NCBI GenBank assembly: GCA_963725685.1
Contig: CAVRYZ010000005.1
Location: 1-64,000 of the forward strand
From: an uncultured Chloroflexia bacterium
Lineage (GTDB): Bacteria; Chloroflexota; Anaerolineae; Anaerolineales; UBA4823
DNA: 64,000 bases
Reading direction: 5' to 3'
The notes under the pieces are model-generated. The model did not search any database and had not been told where the DNA came from. It saw nothing but the letters and a program-made list of their open reading frames with translations. How positions within the stretch are numbered: the stretch's first letter is position 1; the number at the start of each line of letters is the position of its first letter. Position numbers and translations under genes: made by a program. Shown piece after piece: positions 38,002-48,633 of the stretch.

Positions 38002-39138
38002 ATGAAAGGAATTGAGAGAAAGCCAAAATATAAAATCGCCTGGTTGCCCGGCGACGGCATTGGTGTAGATGTGCTCGATGCGACCCAGATTGTGCTTGAT
38101 AAGCTGCACCTGGATGCAGATTACATCCATGGTGATATCGGTTGGGAGTTCTGGTGTAAAGAGGGTGATGCGTTACCAGAACGGACGATTGAGCTGTTGC
38201 AGAATGTAGATGTCGCCATGTTTGGAGCGATCACCTCTAAGCCTGTGAAAGCTGCAGAAGGGGAGCTGGTACCCGCGCTAAAGGGGACAGGGCTCGTATA
38301 TCGATCTCCGATCGTGCGCATGCGCCAGATGTTCGATTTGTATATCTGCCTACGACCGTGCAAAGCCTACCTTGGAAACCCGCTTAATTATAAAGATGAT
38401 ATCGACCTGGTGGTGTTTCGTGAGAATACAGAAGACCTGTATTCAGGGGTAGAGTTCTATCCCGTACCGCAGGAGCTGGCGGATGTTTTGGGGAGGTTAT
38501 CTAAGCCATTCGCGATGTTCAAGGATTTACCCCTCGACCAGTACGCCATCTCGAATAAGGTGGTGACGCGGAAAGGGTCAGAGCGGATTATCCGGGCAGC
38601 GTTTGAGTATGCACGCAAATATAATCGCAGGAAAGTGACGGTAATCCATAAGGCGAATGTGGTGCGGGCAACAGAGGGCTTATTCTTGGATATAGCCAAG
38701 GAAATCGCCCGGGAGTATCCTGAGATCGAGATGGATGATGCGAATGTCGATGCAATCTGCATGTGGCTGTTGAAAAACCCAAAGAATTACGATGTTATGG
38801 TAGCAACCAATATGTTCGGTGACATCATATCTGACCTGGCAGCTCAACTGGTGGGCGGGCTGGGATTTGGCTGTTCTGGCAATATTGGCCAAAAATTGGC
38901 TGTATTTGAGCCAGGTCACGGTTCAGCACCCAAGTACGCAGGTTTATATAAAGTTAATCCAATCGCAGCCATTCTCTCCGCCAAAATGATGCTCGATTGG
39001 CTCGGAGAGGTTGAGAAAGCTGCCTCTATAGAGCAGGCGACTGCGTCGGTGATCCGGGAAGGAAAAATTCGCACCTACGATATGGGAGGAACGCACACAA
39101 CGATACAAATGGGCGAAGCCATTGCTGCGAAATTGTAG
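38002..39138 (+). CDS. Isocitrate/3-isopropylmalate dehydrogenase family protein (LeuB/homoisocitrate-DH-like)
   Basis: 378 aa; IAWLPGDGIGVDV N-terminus, MFGDIISDLAAQLVGGLG substrate/metal region; AGGAGA RBS. Confidence 0.9.
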   Translation: MKGIERKPKYKIAWLPGDGIGVDVLDATQIVLDKLHLDADYIHGDIGWEFWCKEGDALPERTIELLQNVDVAMFGAITSKPVKAAEGELVPALKGTGLVYRSPIVRMRQMFDLYICLRPCKAYLGNPLNYKDDIDLVVFRENTEDLYSGVEFYPVPQELADVLGRLSKPFAMFKDLPLDQYAISNKVVTRKGSERIIRAAFEYARKYNRRKVTVIHKANVVRATEGLFLDIAKEIAREYPEIEMDDANVDAICMWLLKNPKNYDVMVATNMFGDIISDLAAQLVGGLGFGCSGNIGQKLAVFEPGHGSAPKYAGLYKVNPIAAILSAKMMLDWLGEVEKAASIEQATASVIREGKIRTYDMGGTHTTIQMGEAIAAKL

Positions 39139-39148
39139 AGGACTGGCA

Positions 39149-40066
39149 ATGAACAAGATCTTTATTCATGACGTAGGACTTCGTGATGGCCTGCAAGGGG
39201 AGAAAGAAATTGTTCCGACTGAGGTGAAGATCCGCTGGGTTGAAGGATTGTTTGCTTCAGGCGTTGAGTTCATCCAGATTGGCTCTTTCGTTCACCCGGA
39301 AAAAGTTCCACAGATGGCAGATACCGATGCCGTGTTCGCCTATTTTAGGGATAAAAAGCCCAATCATGTTACTCTGTCTGGTCTGGTATTGAATGAACGA
39401 GGCCTGGAGCGCGGCATGGCTTGCGGTGTTGAAATGTTCTGTATGGGTGTCTCCGCTAGCGAAACGCACAGCCAGAAGAACACCGGAATGACCACTAATG
39501 AGGCAGAGGTGCGGATAGTTCAAATGGCGAAGCAGGCCTTCAAGGCAGGGAAGTCTGTCCAGGCATCGGTGCAGTCAGCATTTGGATGTGGTTATGAAGG
39601 CCCGATTGCCAAAGAGAAAGTGCTGCGGATTATCGATGCCTATCTGGAGGCTGGTATCCGCAATATTAGCCTGGCCGACACAGCAGGACACGCAAATCCG
39701 CTGCAGGTAGAAGATCTATTCGGGGCGATCCGCCAGATGGATTCGGGTGTGGATCTGGCTTGCCATTTCCATAATACTTACGGCTTGGGATTAGCCAACT
39801 GTTTTGCAGCCTTGAGGAGCGGGGTTTCTTATTTCGAATCAGCCTTTGGCGGGCTGGGTGGATGTCCCTTTACCAAAGTGCCGGCTGGAAACGTCAGCAC
39901 CGAAGACCTGGTGCATTCCCTGCAGCGGATGGGCTTCTGCCGGGAGATAAAGCTTGAGGCATTGCTGGATGTGGCCAACCAGGTGAGTGCTTTCTTCAAT
40001 CGTCAACTGCCCGGTTTTATCTTGCAGTCTGGCTCGATCGTGGATTTCCAAGGAGATGGTTTATGA
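39149..40066 (+). CDS. HMG-CoA-lyase-family (DRE-TIM) lyase, possibly citramalyl-CoA lyase
   Basis: MNKIFIHDVGLRDGLQ N-terminal signature of the HMGL-like subfamily, ~306 aa (too short for a synthase with a LeuA-dimer domain); HFHNTYGLGLAN metal-binding region. Confidence 0.85.
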   Translation: MNKIFIHDVGLRDGLQGEKEIVPTEVKIRWVEGLFASGVEFIQIGSFVHPEKVPQMADTDAVFAYFRDKKPNHVTLSGLVLNERGLERGMACGVEMFCMGVSASETHSQKNTGMTTNEAEVRIVQMAKQAFKAGKSVQASVQSAFGCGYEGPIAKEKVLRIIDAYLEAGIRNISLADTAGHANPLQVEDLFGAIRQMDSGVDLACHFHNTYGLGLANCFAALRSGVSYFESAFGGLGGCPFTKVPAGNVSTEDLVHSLQRMGFCREIKLEALLDVANQVSAFFNRQLPGFILQSGSIVDFQGDGL

Positions 40067-41259
40067 TGAGGATGCTTGAAGGGATCCGCGTTTTGGATAT
40101 GACCAATGTGCTATCGGGCCCGTTCGCCACCTTGCACCTGGCTTTATTAGGTGCGGATGTGATCAAAATTGAAAACCCTGATGGGGGCGACCTGGCGCGT
40201 AAACTGGGTAATGTCCCGAAATATAACCAGGAACTACTGGGAACCAGTTTCCTGTCTCAAAATGCCAACAAGCGGTCCCTCACTCTTAACCTCAAGACAG
40301 ATGAAGGGAAGGCTATCTTTCGCCGCCTGGTCAAGACTGCGGATGTGCTGGTGGAAAATTTCCGTCCTGGCGTTTTGCCACGCCTGGGGTTTTCGTATGA
40401 AAAACTGTGTGAAATCAATCCAAAATTGATCTACTGCGCTATCTCCGGCTTTGGACAGACAGGACCAGATGCCTTCAAGCCAGCATATGACCAAATCATC
40501 CAGGGGCTGTCAGGGGTGATGGCAATCAATGGGGACGAACGTCTCAACCCACTGCGTTGTGGATTTCCAGTATGTGATACAGTTGGTGGTTTGAACGCAT
40601 CTTTCGCCATCATGGCTGCCCTGTATTATCGTGAACATACTGGCGAGGGTCAATTTATCGACATTGCCTTGTTAGACTCGATCATGCCATTGATGGGTTG
40701 GGTGGCTGCCAACCTGCTGATTGGAGGCCAACAACCAATCCTGCTGGGTAATGATAACTTTACCGCCGCTCCATCCGGTATGTTCCGTACACAGGATGGA
40801 TATATCAACATTGCTGCCAACCAGCAGCAGCAGTGGGAAGATTTGGTGGACGTACTTGACCTGGTTGAGCTGAAGACAGATGCGCGCTTCAAGGAACGGG
40901 ATGCTCGCAAAGCAAATCGCTTCCTGCTTACCCCGCTGTTAGAGATTAAACTAACCGAGAAGACGACTGCATATTGGGTGGAAGCATTGAATGCCAAAGG
41001 CATCCCTTCTGGAGAAATCCTTAGCCTGGAGGCAGCACTCCAATCTGAGCAAACCAAGCATCGCCAGGTCTTGGAAAGTGTTGAACAACCAGGTATTGGT
41101 CCAATCAAGATTTTTAATATGACAGCCAAGTTTTCCAAAACTCCAGCTAAGATCACTGCTCCACCTCCGTGTTTGTCGGAGCATACCGAAGACATCCTGG
41201 TCGAGCTTGGGTATACAAGCGAAGAAATTAAAGGCTTAAAAGAGAAGGCAGTTATTTAA
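40063..41259 (+). CDS. Family III CoA-transferase (CaiB/BaiF family)
   Basis: MLEGIRVLDMTNVLSGPFATLHLALLGADVIKIE N-terminal signature; start overlaps upstream stop. Confidence 0.9.
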   Translation: MMRMLEGIRVLDMTNVLSGPFATLHLALLGADVIKIENPDGGDLARKLGNVPKYNQELLGTSFLSQNANKRSLTLNLKTDEGKAIFRRLVKTADVLVENFRPGVLPRLGFSYEKLCEINPKLIYCAISGFGQTGPDAFKPAYDQIIQGLSGVMAINGDERLNPLRCGFPVCDTVGGLNASFAIMAALYYREHTGEGQFIDIALLDSIMPLMGWVAANLLIGGQQPILLGNDNFTAAPSGMFRTQDGYINIAANQQQQWEDLVDVLDLVELKTDARFKERDARKANRFLLTPLLEIKLTEKTTAYWVEALNAKGIPSGEILSLEAALQSEQTKHRQVLESVEQPGIGPIKIFNMTAKFSKTPAKITAPPPCLSEHTEDILVELGYTSEEIKGLKEKAVI

Positions 41260-41317
41260 TAATATTGATTGCGCTGCCTATGTGTAGCTAATTCTTAAAA
41301 GGTCTGAAGGAGAAGTT

Positions 41318-42622
41318 ATGGTAGAAAAAGTACAAGCAATGACAATGGTGGAAAAGATCCTAGCAAAAGCGAGTGGAAAACAAGTTGTCTGTGCAGGCGA
41401 CGTGGTCGAGCCGAAAATTGACCTGGCTATGTCACATGAGAATGGTGCGCTTGTGCTCAACCAGTTCTATGAGATCTACAAGGGCACAGGACTGGAGGCA
41501 AAGGTCTGGGATCCCTCAAAAATTGCAATCATCTTCGACCATCGTGTTCCAGCCGAAACTGCAAAGACTGCCTCGAACCAGAAGAAATTGCGCGAGTTCG
41601 TCAGTAAACAAGGGATTACGAAATTTCATGATATTCGCGGGGATGAAGGTGGCATTTGCCACCAGATATTGCCAGAGAATGGTTATGTTCGACCCGGTAC
41701 AGTGGTGGTCGGCACAGATAGTCACACTACGAGTCATGGTGCGTTGGGAGCTTTTGCTTTTGGGATCGGGGCGACAGAAATGGCTTCCATCTGGGCTCTA
41801 GGTCGGGCGTTAAATATTGAAGTTCCTGGCACGATCAAGGTTGTGGTGAAGGGCAAATTTGCGAACAATGTGCTCCCAAAGGACCTGATTTTATACCTGA
41901 TCGGCCTATTAACCGCCGAGGGGGCGAATTTCAAGGTTATCGAATATCATGGGAATGCAATTCACAATATGCCCACTTCTGGTCGCCTGACGATATGTAA
42001 CATGTCGGTAGAAGCCGGAGCCACCTCTGGGATTGTGCTGCCAGACGCTGAAACGCTGCGCTATCTCAAGGAGATTGCCGGCGTTACCGAAGCAGTGCCG
42101 ATCAGTCTCCCAGATCCAGATGCTGTTTATGAAAGGACAATTGAGATCGATGTATCAGCCCTCGATCCGCAAATAGCCTGTCCTCATACGGTGGACAATG
42201 TCAGGCCAGTGCAAGAAGTTGCTGGGAAAGCCATTCACCAGATCGTAATCGGCTCTTGCACCAATGGACGCCTGGATGATATCGAAATTGCGGCGAATAT
42301 CCTGCAGGGCAGGAAGGTTGCACGCAATGTTCGAATGCTGGTTTTTCCAGCCTCCTCTCGCATCTACCAGGAAGCAATGAAATTGGGTTACCTGTCTACA
42401 TTGATGGAAGCCGGAGCGGTAGTGATGAACTCGGGTTGTGGACCATGCCTGGGTGTCCATCAAGGTGCGCTGGCGGATGGCGACGTCGCGTTGGCAACGA
42501 CTAACCGCAACTTTAAGGGCCGCATGGGCAACCCTTCGGCTGAAGTTTATCTGTGTTCTCCAGCAGTGGCTGCGACCAGTGCAGTAACTGGTGTGATCAC
42601 TGATCCACGCAAAGGAGATTGA
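41318..42622 (+). CDS. Aconitase-family hydro-lyase large subunit (LeuC/homoaconitase, archaeal-type)
   Basis: 434 aa; MVEKILA...DLAMSHENGA; Fe-S cysteines in IGSCTNGR and NSGCGPCLG. Confidence 0.9.
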   Translation: MVEKVQAMTMVEKILAKASGKQVVCAGDVVEPKIDLAMSHENGALVLNQFYEIYKGTGLEAKVWDPSKIAIIFDHRVPAETAKTASNQKKLREFVSKQGITKFHDIRGDEGGICHQILPENGYVRPGTVVVGTDSHTTSHGALGAFAFGIGATEMASIWALGRALNIEVPGTIKVVVKGKFANNVLPKDLILYLIGLLTAEGANFKVIEYHGNAIHNMPTSGRLTICNMSVEAGATSGIVLPDAETLRYLKEIAGVTEAVPISLPDPDAVYERTIEIDVSALDPQIACPHTVDNVRPVQEVAGKAIHQIVIGSCTNGRLDDIEIAANILQGRKVARNVRMLVFPASSRIYQEAMKLGYLSTLMEAGAVVMNSGCGPCLGVHQGALADGDVALATTNRNFKGRMGNPSAEVYLCSPAVAATSAVTGVITDPRKGD

Positions 42623-42623
42623 A

Positions 42624-43118
42624 ATGATAAAAGTCGTTTTGAAACTTGGTGATGATATATCGACGGATATCATTTATCCAGGCCGGTATATGGCCACCGT
42701 CTTACCCACTGAGACGCCGCAGTACGCCTTCGCCGATTATGTGGAATTCAATAAGCAATTGACCGCGGGTAAGATCCCATCAGGGAGCGTGATCGTAGCG
42801 GGCAAGAACTTTGGCTGTGGATCGTCTCGCGAGCAAGCAGCTTCATGTTTGAAGGGAGCTGATCTTGTTGTTGTGGCGCGGCATTTTGCCCGTATTTTTC
42901 TGCAAAACTCAATCAACCTGGGTCTTCGTACGGTCATTTGCCCAGATATTGATGCGGAGCAGGGGGATGAGTTGGAAGTTGGTTCTAATCAGGTAACGAA
43001 CAAAACCAACGGTAAATCATTTGCTGTTTTATCCCTACCAAAGTCACGCCAGGCGATCATAGAGGCGGGTGGACTGATCCCATACACTCGCCAGCTTGTT
43101 TTGCAGGAGAAGAAGTAA
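42624..43118 (+). CDS. Aconitase-family small subunit (LeuD-like swivel domain)
   Basis: 164 aa; GDDISTDIIYPGRY; GKNFGCGSSREQA motif. Confidence 0.9.
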   Translation: MIKVVLKLGDDISTDIIYPGRYMATVLPTETPQYAFADYVEFNKQLTAGKIPSGSVIVAGKNFGCGSSREQAASCLKGADLVVVARHFARIFLQNSINLGLRTVICPDIDAEQGDELEVGSNQVTNKTNGKSFAVLSLPKSRQAIIEAGGLIPYTRQLVLQEKK

Positions 43119-43274
43119 ATTAATTTTCGCTCAGCCAACACCAGTCAATGACAAGGCTTTATTATAGATCTCCTGAGGCCTTTCAGTCCTCTAGCAGAAT
43201 TCTGACTGAACCACACCCTGGTGTATCCAGGGTAAAGCTACGATGCCGGAAACGCTTATATCAATTAACTCTCC

Positions 43275-44774
43275 TTATTTTTCTCCCTTGGAGATCAGGT
43301 GCCCCGAGCTAGAAATATTCTGACGGATAGTTGGGCTGCCGTAATAAGCGACGTTCCCCGAGCTGGAGAGCTCCGCATCCAGGCTTTCGACCACCCACAG
43401 CGTGACATTGCCGCTCGAGCTCAGCGACACATTAGCTTTTTGCACTTTTAATTCCTCTGCCCTGAAGTTTCCAGAGCTGGTGACACGCAGCACGAGCGAA
43501 TTGGCACTACCCTGGATGGTGATATTACCGGATGAGGTTATGTTGGTAGTGATCTTATCAGCCTGGATGCCCTGGATGTTCACGTTACAACTGCTGGTAA
43601 GGTTGAGTTCGAAATTGCCAGTTGTGAGTGGTCCAACATTGACTGTTCCCGAACTGCTCAACCTCAAGCTGCTCAAGTCTTTAACCGTGAGCACCAACTT
43701 GGGCTGATGAATCCCGCGGACATTCACCGTTGGCTGGTAGCGGATGTTCAGCTTACCACCCACCACATTTGTTTGCAGCACCGATACGATATTGTCATCT
43801 GTGGTGACCTGGAGGGATTCTTGCAAGCCCTGACGGATCTCCAGGTTAGCGTCGATCATCAGCTCAACACGCCTTACACCACTGGCAGGCCTGGTTTCTG
43901 TAATCAGCTTGCCAGATCCGGTAATTGTTTCCCCTATACCTTCAAACTGGAACTGACTGGTACCAGAAAACCAATCCACGCCCGAAGCGAGTCCCAGCTG
44001 TGCACCTGCAAAACCGACCACAAACACACCCGCGATGAGGATCAATCCCAGAGCCGCACCGATCCAGGGAGATCGGTGGCGGAAAATCAATCCTACCCCT
44101 GCCACGATCAGCAGCACCGGCCATAAGTTGGCCATTCTCCCCAAATTGTCGGCGGTCATCCAATTCATCTGCGTAAAAATCCCGACGAGGCCAACTCCAA
44201 TCATAAGAATAGGCCAGAATAGATCTACCTGTTCAGCACCAGGTTTTCCGATCTTGAAGATACGCGTGACCAATAAATACACTCCCACCAGGGACAGAAG
44301 AATGGACCACAGCAGCAAGCTGCCCCAATGAGCTTCTCCAGAAAGAGAAAAGATGAATTCCATGATCACACCAAAGATGATGAATAGGATCAACCCACTG
44401 CGCAAGGAGGCAAAGCCGCGTTTCTTGAGCTCAGCCTGGTTGCTCCATTGACCGTTGATCCACATGCCTATGCCAGAAGCACATATGATGAGTGCCCAGC
44501 AGTAAGACCAGGCTTCCCAGGTGTCGGTGAGGTTCATGACAAACAGGATCAACCCAATTGTGACCAGGATACTGCCAGGCACTGCCAGACCGCCCCAACT
44601 CTTATCTCCTAGCAGCATAATAACGAAAAATACGGCCCCCACTACGACTACAATAAGCGGCCAAAGATAATCCATATTAAAGAACACAAAGAAGCGCCCA
44701 AACATTGAATATATGCCAATGAGAACCAATACAATGCCAATAATTAATCCGGTAATATTGCGATTTTTATCCAT
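43275..44774 (-). CDS. Membrane protein with N-terminal multi-TM region and C-terminal DUF4097/LiaG-like beta-helical 'putative adhesin' repeats
   Basis: About 8 TM helices followed by repeated SSSGNV/SSGxI beta-strand motifs (LSSSGTVNV, TSSGNITIQGS, LSSSGNVTLWV, ISSSGHL). Confidence 0.7.
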   Translation of the reverse strand: MDKNRNITGLIIGIVLVLIGIYSMFGRFFVFFNMDYLWPLIVVVVGAVFFVIMLLGDKSWGGLAVPGSILVTIGLILFVMNLTDTWEAWSYCWALIICASGIGMWINGQWSNQAELKKRGFASLRSGLILFIIFGVIMEFIFSLSGEAHWGSLLLWSILLSLVGVYLLVTRIFKIGKPGAEQVDLFWPILMIGVGLVGIFTQMNWMTADNLGRMANLWPVLLIVAGVGLIFRHRSPWIGAALGLILIAGVFVVGFAGAQLGLASGVDWFSGTSQFQFEGIGETITGSGKLITETRPASGVRRVELMIDANLEIRQGLQESLQVTTDDNIVSVLQTNVVGGKLNIRYQPTVNVRGIHQPKLVLTVKDLSSLRLSSSGTVNVGPLTTGNFELNLTSSCNVNIQGIQADKITTNITSSGNITIQGSANSLVLRVTSSGNFRAEELKVQKANVSLSSSGNVTLWVVESLDAELSSSGNVAYYGSPTIRQNISSSGHLISKGEK

Positions 44775-45203
44775 TTTGAGCCCTCCTCCAAATATTGAAT
44801 TATTTGATGGTCACGAATTCTTGTGGTTGGTTTGCCTGGATTTTTTCTTGGTTTTCGTAGACCAGGTAGCTATACTATCGAACAATCTATTTCACCATGC
44901 TTCATGATTATCGCGTTAAATAACAAATTGTGTATCCTGTTAAAACCTACTTCAGAACTTTTTCAAAGCTAAGAAAATGATAGCCAAAAATAGTGATGGT
45001 AAAAGGATGAAGAATATATCGAAAGGCAGATTGTCTACAATAGTAAAAAAGGCTTAAAATGATTCGATTCATCAGGTGACCTTCAATCGCGTACTTGCGA
45101 TAAATATTATCTCCCTCTAGACAGGGCTCAGATGGCCTTATATCGTTAATCGGTTAATTTCCATCTCCAAGCTATAAACCCACAATGGTGCAGTTGTGGT
45201 GAG

Positions 45204-46070
45204 CTACCCTTTCACCGCCCCGGTCAATCCTTTAATAAACTGGCGCTGGAGTATAACAAAGAACAGGATCATCGGTACAATGGTCATCACCACACCGGCG
45301 GCAGTACCACGTGAATCACTCACAAAAGCCCCTTGTAATGCCACCAGTCCAACCTGCAGAGTCTTGTTGGTTAATGTGGGGAGTACCAGAGAGGGCCAGA
45401 AGAAGTTATTCCATTGCTCGACGAAAGTGATGATTGCAACGGTTGCAAGCGAAGGGCGTACCACTGGCATGACGATATCCCACCAGATTCTTAATTCGCT
45501 GGCACCATCCATACGTCCCGCATCCAGCAAGTCATCGGGAACACCCTTGAACGCTTGCCGGAGTAGAAATATGTTGAACACGGTGGCGAGATAGGGGAAG
45601 ATTGCTGCCTGAATATGGTTGTAGTAATGAAAAAACTTAACCGCCAGGATGTAGCTTGGAATGGCAGTCAGTGCCGGAGGTATGATGTAAGTGGCTAAGA
45701 GTAGATAGAAAATTGCATTAGAGCCACGGAATTTCATCTTTGCCAAGGGATACGCTGCGAGCGAGGTGAACAAAGTGTTCAAAACTACAACACCACCTAC
45801 CACGATAATACTGTTCAGGAAGAAACGGCCGACCGGCAAGAGATTCCACACCCTGATGTAGTTATCCAAAGTTGGATGTTGTGGAAGTAGTTGGGGTGGA
45901 ACAGAATAGACCAAATCTGTTGGTCCTTTGAATGAGGTGAAAAATACCCATAGAAAAGGGAAAACGGTCACTATGGCGACGCAAGATAGGACGAAATACA
46001 AAATAATGGTCTCAAACGAACGGCGAACTACGAGTACTGTATGATCTTTGCTCGATTGGGTTTGATTCAT
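45204..46070 (-). CDS. Carbohydrate ABC transporter permease (MalG-like, CUT1)
   Basis: 288 aa, 6 TM, EAA-like loop LLDAGRMDGASELRIWWDIVMPVVRPSL. Confidence 0.9.
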   Translation of the reverse strand: MNQTQSSKDHTVLVVRRSFETIILYFVLSCVAIVTVFPFLWVFFTSFKGPTDLVYSVPPQLLPQHPTLDNYIRVWNLLPVGRFFLNSIIVVGGVVVLNTLFTSLAAYPLAKMKFRGSNAIFYLLLATYIIPPALTAIPSYILAVKFFHYYNHIQAAIFPYLATVFNIFLLRQAFKGVPDDLLDAGRMDGASELRIWWDIVMPVVRPSLATVAIITFVEQWNNFFWPSLVLPTLTNKTLQVGLVALQGAFVSDSRGTAAGVVMTIVPMILFFVILQRQFIKGLTGAVKG

Positions 46071-46945
46071 TACTCTGCCTCCGTCCCTCGTTCGAGCAGG
46101 CGGATATTCATGATCGAAAAGACCAGTGTGATCAGTAAGAGAGCCATGGCGATCGCCGATGCCTTACCTGCATGACTCAACCTGAAAGCTTGCTGCCAGA
46201 GGTAATACACCACCGTATATCCACTCTGCAATATGCCCCCGGTTCCATTCGTAAGAGTAAACACTTCATTAAATACCTGCAGCGCAGCCAAACTTGAGAT
46301 AACTGTAACGAACGTGATCTGCGGGCGCAGACCCGGGATGCTGACATACCAATGCTTTTGCCAGGAATTGCATCCATCAATCTGAGCAGCATCGTACAGC
46401 TCATCCGGGATGTTTTGCAGTCCAGCCAGAAAGATCATCATGTAATAACCCACCCCCAGCCAGATGGTCATTAACATGCAAAACGGCAGGGTATACCTCG
46501 GCTCAGCCAGCCATTGAACTGGCTCTTTGAGGATGCCCATTGAGAGCAGAAAGGCGTTGATAATTCCATTGGTATCCAACATTAACCTCCAGGCAATGCC
46601 GACTGCTATACTTCCACTGATGACTGGGATAAAAAACAAGGCACGATAAGCACTGATCCCGGGGAGTTTACGATCAACAATGATTGCGAGGATGATGGAC
46701 AGGAAAATAAGCGTCGGTGTCACCAACAGGTATATCAAAGAATGACTCAACGCCTTCCAAAAGGTGGTGTCGTGGATCAACCAATTGTAATTATCTAAAC
46801 CAGTCCAGACTGGCGGGTTCACGATGGTGTAATCGGTAAAGCTATAATAAACGACCGCCAAGATAGGATAAAGGACAAAAATAGAGATTGCTAGCAGCGC
46901 GGGTGCTAGAAAAAGATAAGGCGTCAGGGAAAACTTTTTAATCAT
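46070..46945 (-). CDS. Carbohydrate ABC transporter permease (MalF-like, CUT1)
   Basis: 291 aa, EAA loop LYDAAQIDGCNSWQKHWYVSIPGLRP. Confidence 0.9.
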   Translation of the reverse strand: MIKKFSLTPYLFLAPALLAISIFVLYPILAVVYYSFTDYTIVNPPVWTGLDNYNWLIHDTTFWKALSHSLIYLLVTPTLIFLSIILAIIVDRKLPGISAYRALFFIPVISGSIAVGIAWRLMLDTNGIINAFLLSMGILKEPVQWLAEPRYTLPFCMLMTIWLGVGYYMMIFLAGLQNIPDELYDAAQIDGCNSWQKHWYVSIPGLRPQITFVTVISSLAALQVFNEVFTLTNGTGGILQSGYTVVYYLWQQAFRLSHAGKASAIAMALLLITLVFSIMNIRLLERGTEAE

Positions 46946-47010
46946 TTGGGAATTGCCACCTGGGTTAGCCCTCTCCCGTAAGGGAGAGGGCTAGGGTTGA
47001 ATGCGCGGAG

Positions 47011-48471
47011 CTATTTAATTAAGGCATTCGCCTCGGCAACTGCGTCATCCAAAGCTTGTTGAGCGGGTACACCGTTGAAAAGAGCTTCCTGGATGTACTT
47101 GAGGACAATTGCGTTGACATCGGCTTTGTTGGGGATTGTGGGGACGATATCAGCCAGTTTGGAAATGTATTCCTTGGCTGCGGGTTTGGCACTATCCTCG
47201 ATAGCCGCTGACGGGGCCGAGAAGAACGGATCGTCATACGCAGATGGGGAGGACGGATAAACGGCCACCAACTTGGCGAACTCGGTCATGCTCTTTGGGT
47301 TGGTGAAGAACTGAGCCAGGGCGATGGATGCATTGGGATACTGTGTCTTTGCGCTCACCGAAATTCCCATACCACCCTTTCCAGCGACACCTGATTTTCC
47401 AACCGGAGCAGGCGCAACTGCCAGATAACCATACACGCCCGGGTTGTTGGCACGCACGTCACGGATCAGGTTAGGACCCGTCTGGTAGAAGGCAGCTCTT
47501 CCAGTTTCGAACAGGTTGAGGCCGTCGCGATCCTGATCAGATACAAGGATAGTCTTGTCCACTGTTACGGCATTGACCATGTCCACATACATCTGCAACC
47601 AGGCAACGCCTTCTGCTGAGTTGAAGGTGAATGACTTGCCATCATCGCTGATGACCTTTACGTTACCTTCATAAACCATCTGCGCCAGCAGATCATTGAC
47701 GGTCAGGCGGATGTCGCACAGGGTATTCGTCTTCTCCTTGATGGTCCCGCAGAGGGCGGGAAGGCCGTCTATGGTCGTGGGGAAGTCCGCGACTTTCAAA
47801 CCAGCCCCTCCTGTATAACCAGTGATCGCTCCTGTGTCATCTATCTGTGGGGTACCGATGTAGAGCTGGGTGTTGATGAGCTCAACGGCAACAAAGTTGT
47901 ACCACGGGAACTGATAGTTCACACCGTCGACCAGCTGTTCTTTCCACAGCCCAGGGAAATATACATCCTTCACGCTCTGGGGCACTTTATCATCGAGTGG
48001 CAGCAGCAAGCCCTGGGTTGCATAATCGCTCACCCACCCTTCACCAACCGACAGGTTGATGACATCCGGCGCATTACCGGCCGCAAAAGCAGCTTTTAAG
48101 TCGTCCTGGAATGTAGCCTGATGATCTTCCCAATTCACCGTCACACCGGGGTAGGCTTCGTTGAAACGAGCGATCGTGTTCTTGATGTAATCATCGAAGG
48201 TTGGCGAAAGCCAGAAAGTCCAGAAGGTGATCGTGGCACCAGGCTCAACATTCTGGATTACAGCTTCAGGGTTGGGACCAGGTGTGGGAGTTACAACAAC
48301 CTCGGAGACGACCGTCTGAATGATTGTTTGAGGGGTCTGGGGAACCGCTGTCTCCCTGATAATCTGGGCAGTCGGTGGGACGACATTAGACGGCGCCTGG
48401 GTGGTTGCTGTTGCGCAGCCTGATATCAGGATGCTCATGAGCAGTAATAAAATAAACAGTTTCGTACGCAT
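47011..48471 (-). CDS. Extracellular solute-binding lipoprotein, family 1 (sugar-binding)
   Basis: Lipoprotein signal MRTKLFILLLLMSILISGC; P/T-rich linker; SBP_bac_1-like body. Confidence 0.85.
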   Translation of the reverse strand: MRTKLFILLLLMSILISGCATATTQAPSNVVPPTAQIIRETAVPQTPQTIIQTVVSEVVVTPTPGPNPEAVIQNVEPGATITFWTFWLSPTFDDYIKNTIARFNEAYPGVTVNWEDHQATFQDDLKAAFAAGNAPDVINLSVGEGWVSDYATQGLLLPLDDKVPQSVKDVYFPGLWKEQLVDGVNYQFPWYNFVAVELINTQLYIGTPQIDDTGAITGYTGGAGLKVADFPTTIDGLPALCGTIKEKTNTLCDIRLTVNDLLAQMVYEGNVKVISDDGKSFTFNSAEGVAWLQMYVDMVNAVTVDKTILVSDQDRDGLNLFETGRAAFYQTGPNLIRDVRANNPGVYGYLAVAPAPVGKSGVAGKGGMGISVSAKTQYPNASIALAQFFTNPKSMTEFAKLVAVYPSSPSAYDDPFFSAPSAAIEDSAKPAAKEYISKLADIVPTIPNKADVNAIVLKYIQEALFNGVPAQQALDDAVAEANALIK

Positions 48472-48633
48472 GTCTTCCTTCTCCTTTTCATAATTCTCAG
48501 GTTTACTATCTGTTTGAAGTAACGGTTGAACTGGTTTAGGTTTCGAGTTCGTTCGAGTTTTACCAGAACCTCCTTTCAGGTTATTGCTAGGGCAAAAGAT
48601 GTACGGGAACTTTCCTTAAATAATTTCATGGGT

